64,000 bases of DNA. It comes from Arcobacteraceae bacterium. GTDB lineage: Bacteria > Campylobacterota > Campylobacteria > Campylobacterales > Arcobacteraceae. The stretch is taken from positions 1-64,000 of the forward strand of contig CBDCZH010000001.1 in the NCBI GenBank assembly GCA_965224485.1. Direction: 5' to 3'. The notes below the pieces were generated by a model, which worked only from the letters and a program-made list of their open reading frames with translations, was not told the DNA's origin and made no database searches. Each line of letters begins with the position of its first letter. Position 1 is the first letter of the stretch. Below, piece by piece: positions 59,323 through 64,000 of the stretch. The position numbers and the translations under genes were made by a program.

Positions 59323-60453
59323 TTACATTCCTCTCACTTTTTGCACAATTTCTAAAGGTGCAATTGGTCTACCATTTGCTTTTAATAATGTTTCAAAATC
59401 TCTTCTACTACTAACTCTTTCTATTTCTTCAAGATATTGACCTAAATTTAACTCAGTTACTAAAACTTTTTTAAATTTATCAGTTAATTCTTTGATTCTT
59501 TTTGCTGGACTTGGCCATAAAGTAATAGGTCTAAACATACCAACTTTAATTCCCTCAGCTCTTAATCTATTAATAGCTTCTTTAACTGACAAAGACATAG
59601 AACCATAAGCAATAATTAAAATATCAGCATCTTCTATTTTATACTCTTCATTTAATTCAATTTCATCTATATAGTTATCAACTTTTCTAAATAATCTTTT
59701 GATTAAATCATCACATTTTTGCTCATCTTCTGTAGGATGACCACTTTCATCATGATGTAAACCAGTAAAGTGATATCTATAACCTTCAAACATAGGATTC
59801 AATACTGCTGGTTGATCATTTTCGCAAGCGTAAGGTTTATAATCTTTTTTATCGCCTGTAAAAACCTTTCTTGGAACTATTGCTTCTTTAACTTCTTGTT
59901 CTGTAGGAATAACCGCTTTTCCACTCATATGCCCAATTGTTTCATCGAATAAAACAAAAACAGGAGTCATAAATCTATCTGCTAAATTAAATGCTCTTAC
60001 TGTCTCAGTATAACACTCAGAAAGTGTTCCTGCACATAAAGTAATTGATTTAAAATCTCCATGTGTTGGAGTTTTTGCTTGATTTACATCACCTTGTGCA
60101 ACTCTTGTAGGTAGACCAGTAGAAGGTCCACCTCTCATTACATTGATAATTACAATAGGAACTTCTGATATAAAAGCAAGTCCTATATTTTCAGCCTTTA
60201 GTGATATTCCAGGTCCTGATGTTGCTGTTAAAGCACGTTTACCAGACATAGCTGCACCAATAGTACAGCAAATTCCTGCTATTTCATCTTCCATTTGAAT
60301 AGCAGCTCCTCCAACAGAAGGTAATAAGTCTGAAATTGTATGCATTATTTCACTTGAGGGGGTTAAAGGATAACCACCAAAAAACCTACACCCAGCATCT
60401 ACTGATGCTATTGCTGCTAAATCATTACCAGTTGATATTATTTCTCTAGCCAT
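59323..60453 (-). CDS. oorA: 2-oxoglutarate:acceptor oxidoreductase alpha subunit
   Basis: GYPLTPSSE, QMEDE, TATSGPG and RGGPSTGLPT motifs. Confidence 0.96.
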   Translation of the reverse strand: MAREIISTGNDLAAIASVDAGCRFFGGYPLTPSSEIMHTISDLLPSVGGAAIQMEDEIAGICCTIGAAMSGKRALTATSGPGISLKAENIGLAFISEVPIVIINVMRGGPSTGLPTRVAQGDVNQAKTPTHGDFKSITLCAGTLSECYTETVRAFNLADRFMTPVFVLFDETIGHMSGKAVIPTEQEVKEAIVPRKVFTGDKKDYKPYACENDQPAVLNPMFEGYRYHFTGLHHDESGHPTEDEQKCDDLIKRLFRKVDNYIDEIELNEEYKIEDADILIIAYGSMSLSVKEAINRLRAEGIKVGMFRPITLWPSPAKRIKELTDKFKKVLVTELNLGQYLEEIERVSSRRDFETLLKANGRPIAPLEIVQKVRGM

Positions 60454-60462
60454 TAATACTCC

Positions 60463-60780
60463 TTAAACGCCTAATGCTCTATATTTATTATTTGCGATAG
60501 CTTCTGCTCTGCTTTTCGCCTCATCACTTAGTTTTGCAAACTTAAATTCTTTTTTATCTGCAACGAAAATTGCGAAATCTGGACAAGATAGTTCACAATC
60601 GTTGCAGCCAATACATGATTCTGGATTTTGTACACTAATCATAGCACCCAGTGTTGAAGTAGGCTCTGGTATCATAGCTATTACTCCAGCTGGACATACA
60701 GATACACAAACATCACAAGCTTTACAATTATTAGTATTTACCCATACAGGAGTATTACTTGGAGCTTCCATTATTGCCAT
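60463..60780 (-). CDS. oorD: 2-oxoglutarate:acceptor oxidoreductase ferredoxin-like delta subunit
   Basis: Two CxxCxxCxxxCP motifs; first gene of the oor operon. Confidence 0.95.
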   Translation of the reverse strand: MAIMEAPSNTPVWVNTNNCKACDVCVSVCPAGVIAMIPEPTSTLGAMISVQNPESCIGCNDCELSCPDFAIFVADKKEFKFAKLSDEAKSRAEAIANNKYRALGV

Positions 60781-61059
60781 TGTTTCCCCTTTTACTTTTA
60801 TAAAAATATTTTATTAAGATATGTTATATTTCTGCTGAAATGATAACAAATATCTAAGTATAATTTTGTTTATGTATTACTAAACTAATTATCTAATTTT
60901 AGCTTTGTTACTTATTGCAACAAATTATATTAAAATTTAAATCTTATCTTAAGTTTAAAAAAAATTTGAACTTAATTATAGACGAAAGTATACTCTTTTT
61001 TCATAAGTGAATAATAAAGAATTGGATATAATTGCCATAATTTACAAAAAGGATTATAT

Positions 61060-61770
61060 TTGCTTCTTTATCAGCCTGATAATGGTTATTGTTACAATAG
61101 TGATACTCATTTTTTACATAATTTTATATTAAAAAACTTGGAGAAATATAAGAATGTAAAAGGGGAACTTTTAGACATAGGAAGTGGTAGTGGAATATTA
61201 GGACTTTTGACTTCAAGAGATAAAAAAAATCTAAATTTACACCAGTGTGAAATCCAAAAAAGTTTTATAAACTTGTCTTGTATTAATGCCCGAATTAATA
61301 AAATAAGTGCTTTTATGTATGAAGGAAAATATCAAGATATTGTTTTTGATAAAAAGTTTGATATTTGTGTTTCAAATCCTCCTTTTTATCACAATAATGT
61401 AATAAAAAGTGAAAATGAATCTTTAAGAATTGCTAGATATAACGACTCTTTATCTTTAGAAGACTTTATAAGTAAAACAGCAAAGATTTTAAATAACAAA
61501 GGCAAGTTTTTCTTTTGTTATGACGTTAAGCAGATAAATGATATTATCTTCTTATTACGTAAATACAAGTTTAATATAGAATGTTTACAATTTGTTCATC
61601 CTAAAAAAGACAAAGATGCAAGTCTTATTTTAGTTTATGCAAGACGTGATTCTAAGTCTTTAAATAGAGTTCTTCCAGCTTTAGTAGTATTTGAAGAAAA
61701 TGAGTTTACACAAGAAGTTCAAGATATTTATAAAGTATCCTCAACACATAGTATAAAAGTACAAATATAA
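61060..61770 (+). CDS. tRNA1(Val) A37 N6-methyltransferase-like (TrmN6/YfiC family)
   Basis: YCYNSD, LDIGSGSG, SNPPF and ARY motifs. Confidence 0.88.
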   Translation: MLLYQPDNGYCYNSDTHFLHNFILKNLEKYKNVKGELLDIGSGSGILGLLTSRDKKNLNLHQCEIQKSFINLSCINARINKISAFMYEGKYQDIVFDKKFDICVSNPPFYHNNVIKSENESLRIARYNDSLSLEDFISKTAKILNNKGKFFFCYDVKQINDIIFLLRKYKFNIECLQFVHPKKDKDASLILVYARRDSKSLNRVLPALVVFEENEFTQEVQDIYKVSSTHSIKVQI

Positions 61771-62150
61771 TGAATATTTTAAAAAAAGAAGGTTTCTCTT
61801 TTGCTTTTAAGTCAAGTGCTTGTGATACATGTTCTGGAAATTGCTGTATAGGGGAGAGTGGTTATATTTGGATTAATAGCTTAGAGATTCAAAAACTAGC
61901 AAAACATTTAGTTTTAAGTGTTGATGAACTTTCTTTGAAGTATTTAAGAAAAGTAGGGTATAAGTATTCAATAAAAGAGAATAAACTCCAAGAGAATAAT
62001 TATGCCTGTATGTTCTTTGATTTAGAAAAAAAACAGTGTTCCATTTACGAGGCACGTCCAATACAGTGCAAAACGTTCCCTTTTTGGGACTACTTTAAGA
62101 GTAATATACAAGAGGTGAAAAACGAGTGTCCAGCTATAATCGAATTGTAA
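61770..62150 (+). CDS. YkgJ family cysteine-cluster protein
   Basis: CDTCSGNCC and CSIYEARPIQCKTFPFW motifs. Confidence 0.92.
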   Translation: MNILKKEGFSFAFKSSACDTCSGNCCIGESGYIWINSLEIQKLAKHLVLSVDELSLKYLRKVGYKYSIKENKLQENNYACMFFDLEKKQCSIYEARPIQCKTFPFWDYFKSNIQEVKNECPAIIEL

Positions 62151-63394
62151 TAATCTTATCTCTTTTTGTTTGTATATCTTTTGCAAATGAAAATTCATAT
62201 AAAAAACTTCATGTAAAAGAAGATTTATATATAGTTTTTGCCCTAGAGTATGAAAAAAGCTCTAATTTCAATGCATCACGTGAACTTTTTTTAAAACTTT
62301 ATACCTTAACAAATAAATATGAATACCTCTTAAAGTATCTTCGAACTTCTTTATCTTTAAAAAAATTCAAAGATGTAAATAAATATGCTTCAAAAAATTT
62401 AAAAGAAAATGAAAAAGAGTATGAAATAGTATTAAGAATTTACTGTATCTCTTTATTAAATACAAAAGAGGTAAATAAAGCTTTTTTAATTGCAAGTACC
62501 TTAATTAAAAAATTTAATAATGCAATAAACTATGAACTAATGGCAAATGTTTATTTTGTAAAAGAAGATTTTAATAATGCAAAGAAGTATTATGAGAGTG
62601 CTTATGTTATGAGTAAAAAACCTTCTAATTTATTTAATCTTGTAAATATTTTATATGCTTATTTAGATAAAAAAGAACAAGCTATCTCATACTTAGAAAC
62701 ATATGTTCGTTTATATGGTTGTACTTCTATAGTATGCAATAAACTTTTATCAATTTATCAAGAACAAAATAATATAGATGGTTCAATTTCAATTTTAAAA
62801 AGATCATATTTTGAGTTTAAAGAAAAAAAGCAAAATGCAAATGCTATAAAAGTATATAAACTTCTAATAGCATATTTAGAGAAAAAAGATATAAAAGAAG
62901 CAATTAAGTTTTTAGAAGAAAATCCCCATGACTCTTATAAGTTAATATCTTTATATAAAAGAACAAATCAAAATAAAAAAGCTTTAGTTTTAGTAAAAAA
63001 ACTTTATGAAGAAACTGGAAATATAGACTTACTTGCACAAATTGCAATTTTAGAATTTGAAAGTGCAAAGAATAAAGAAATTGTTATAAAATCTGTTATA
63101 AAAAAGTTTGAATCAGTTTTAGTAGTTTTAAATAACCATGTTTATCAAAACTATCTTGCTTATATTTTAATTGATTTTGAAATAGATGTAAAAAAAGGTT
63201 TAGCTTTAGTTAAAAAAGCACTAGAACAAGCTCCTAATAATATAGCATATTTAGACTCCCTTGCTTGGGGTTTATATAAAGATAATAAATGCAGCGATGC
63301 TTATAGTATTATGCAAAAAATAGTAGATGAGGTTGGTTTAAGTGATAATGAAATAAAACATCATTGGAAAAAAATTAAAGGTTGTAAAAAATAA
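62126..63394 (+). CDS. Periplasmic tetratricopeptide-repeat protein
   Basis: Signal-like N-terminus; NYLAYILID...[19 protein letters not shown] signature. Confidence 0.85.
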   Translation: MSSYNRIVIILSLFVCISFANENSYKKLHVKEDLYIVFALEYEKSSNFNASRELFLKLYTLTNKYEYLLKYLRTSLSLKKFKDVNKYASKNLKENEKEYEIVLRIYCISLLNTKEVNKAFLIASTLIKKFNNAINYELMANVYFVKEDFNNAKKYYESAYVMSKKPSNLFNLVNILYAYLDKKEQAISYLETYVRLYGCTSIVCNKLLSIYQEQNNIDGSISILKRSYFEFKEKKQNANAIKVYKLLIAYLEKKDIKEAIKFLEENPHDSYKLISLYKRTNQNKKALVLVKKLYEETGNIDLLAQIAILEFESAKNKEIVIKSVIKKFESVLVVLNNHVYQNYLAYILIDFEIDVKKGLALVKKALEQAPNNIAYLDSLAWGLYKDNKCSDAYSIMQKIVDEVGLSDNEIKHHWKKIKGCKK

Positions 63395-64000
63395 TGATAT
63401 TAGATGAGATTAATAAAAGAACATTAGAAGACGTAGAAAAAAGACAAAAAGATTATTCTCTTGATTGGTTAGGACGAAGTTTAAGTGCAAATCCTTTTCC
63501 TCCAAGAGATGTTAAACCTTTTTTAATATCAACAAAAGAAGAACCTATTAGAATTATTGCAGAAGTAAAAAAAGCAAGTCCTTCTAAGGGACTTATAAAA
63601 GAAGATTTTGATCCTTTAAAAATAGCACAAGCTTATAGTAAAAGTGGAGCAAATGCAATTTCTGTACTAACAGAACCTCATTATTTTCAAGGTAACTTAG
63701 AATACCTAACACAAATTAGACGTTATGTACCAACACCACTTCTAAGAAAAGATTTTATCTTAACTAAGTATCAAATTGTAGAAGCTGTAGTTTATGGAGC
63801 TGATTTTATACTGTTAATTGCAAAAAGTCTAAGTACTAAAGCTTTAAAAGAGTTATATGAATATGCCTTACATTTAGGATTGGAAATATTAGTAGAAATA
63901 CATGATAAAGAAGACCTTACAAAAGCCCTGCGTTGTGGGGCTAATATAATTGGAATAAACCATAGAAACCTAGAAACAATGGAAATGGATATGACTATGT
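63394..64000 (+). CDS. trpC: Indole-3-glycerol phosphate synthase (3' end runs off the window)
   Basis: Not in the track. Hand translation gives MILDEI...[13 protein letters not shown]...[12 protein letters not shown]...LRKDFI...GINHRNL. Confidence 0.95.
   Translation, partial: MILDEINKRTLEDVEKRQKDYSLDWLGRSLSANPFPPRDVKPFLISTKEEPIRIIAEVKKASPSKGLIKEDFDPLKIAQAYSKSGANAISVLTEPHYFQGNLEYLTQIRRYVPTPLLRKDFILTKYQIVEAVVYGADFILLIAKSLSTKALKELYEYALHLGLEILVEIHDKEDLTKALRCGANIIGINHRNLETMEMDMTM

Noticed and set aside
1..64000. tRNA/rRNA genes, IS elements, integrases, prophage or defence systems
   Set aside because: I saw no GC-rich structured RNA stretch and no transposase, recombinase, phage or defence protein motif.

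Overview
Very AT-rich bacterial chromosomal DNA, most likely Arcobacteraceae (Campylobacterota). This is inferred from oorDABC, CheV, aat, pldA and the rpe-trpF-exonuclease and methyltransferase-YkgJ-TPR-trpC gene orders. It holds about 60 CDSs: housekeeping genes (aspA, upp, rpe, trpF, trpC, oorDABC, bluB), many transporters (BCCT, DAACS, two NCS2, TTT/TctABC, an RND pump, a DUF3100 pair), three OmpR-type two-component systems, a giant multi-PBP sensor kinase, a diguanylate cyclase, a NIT-domain chemoreceptor and a BacNav-family channel. I saw no rRNA, tRNA, CRISPR array, IS element or prophage. The most interesting signals are regulatory. (1) At 13.1-16.4 kb, a two-component system is surrounded by three paralogous small secreted helical proteins, two of them behind a near-identical 21-bp direct-repeat box. 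(2) A small secreted protein has an FNR-like box at exactly -41.5, flanked by two palindromic operators, plus a long 3' hairpin exposing an anti-Shine-Dalgarno loop. (3) A leaderless cytochrome c gene has the same FNR geometry. (4) A shared box links a Usp-TctD-TctE operon to the convergent tctCBA transporter. Other observations are a likely catalytically dead (p)ppGpp-hydrolase homologue, a TFEDWTD-filter channel, an 8-bp VNTR through the oorC stop codon, and several frameshifts (two are A9 runs that may be sequencing errors). The supplied ORF track labels the three RND genes as + strand, but the sequence shows they are on the - strand.
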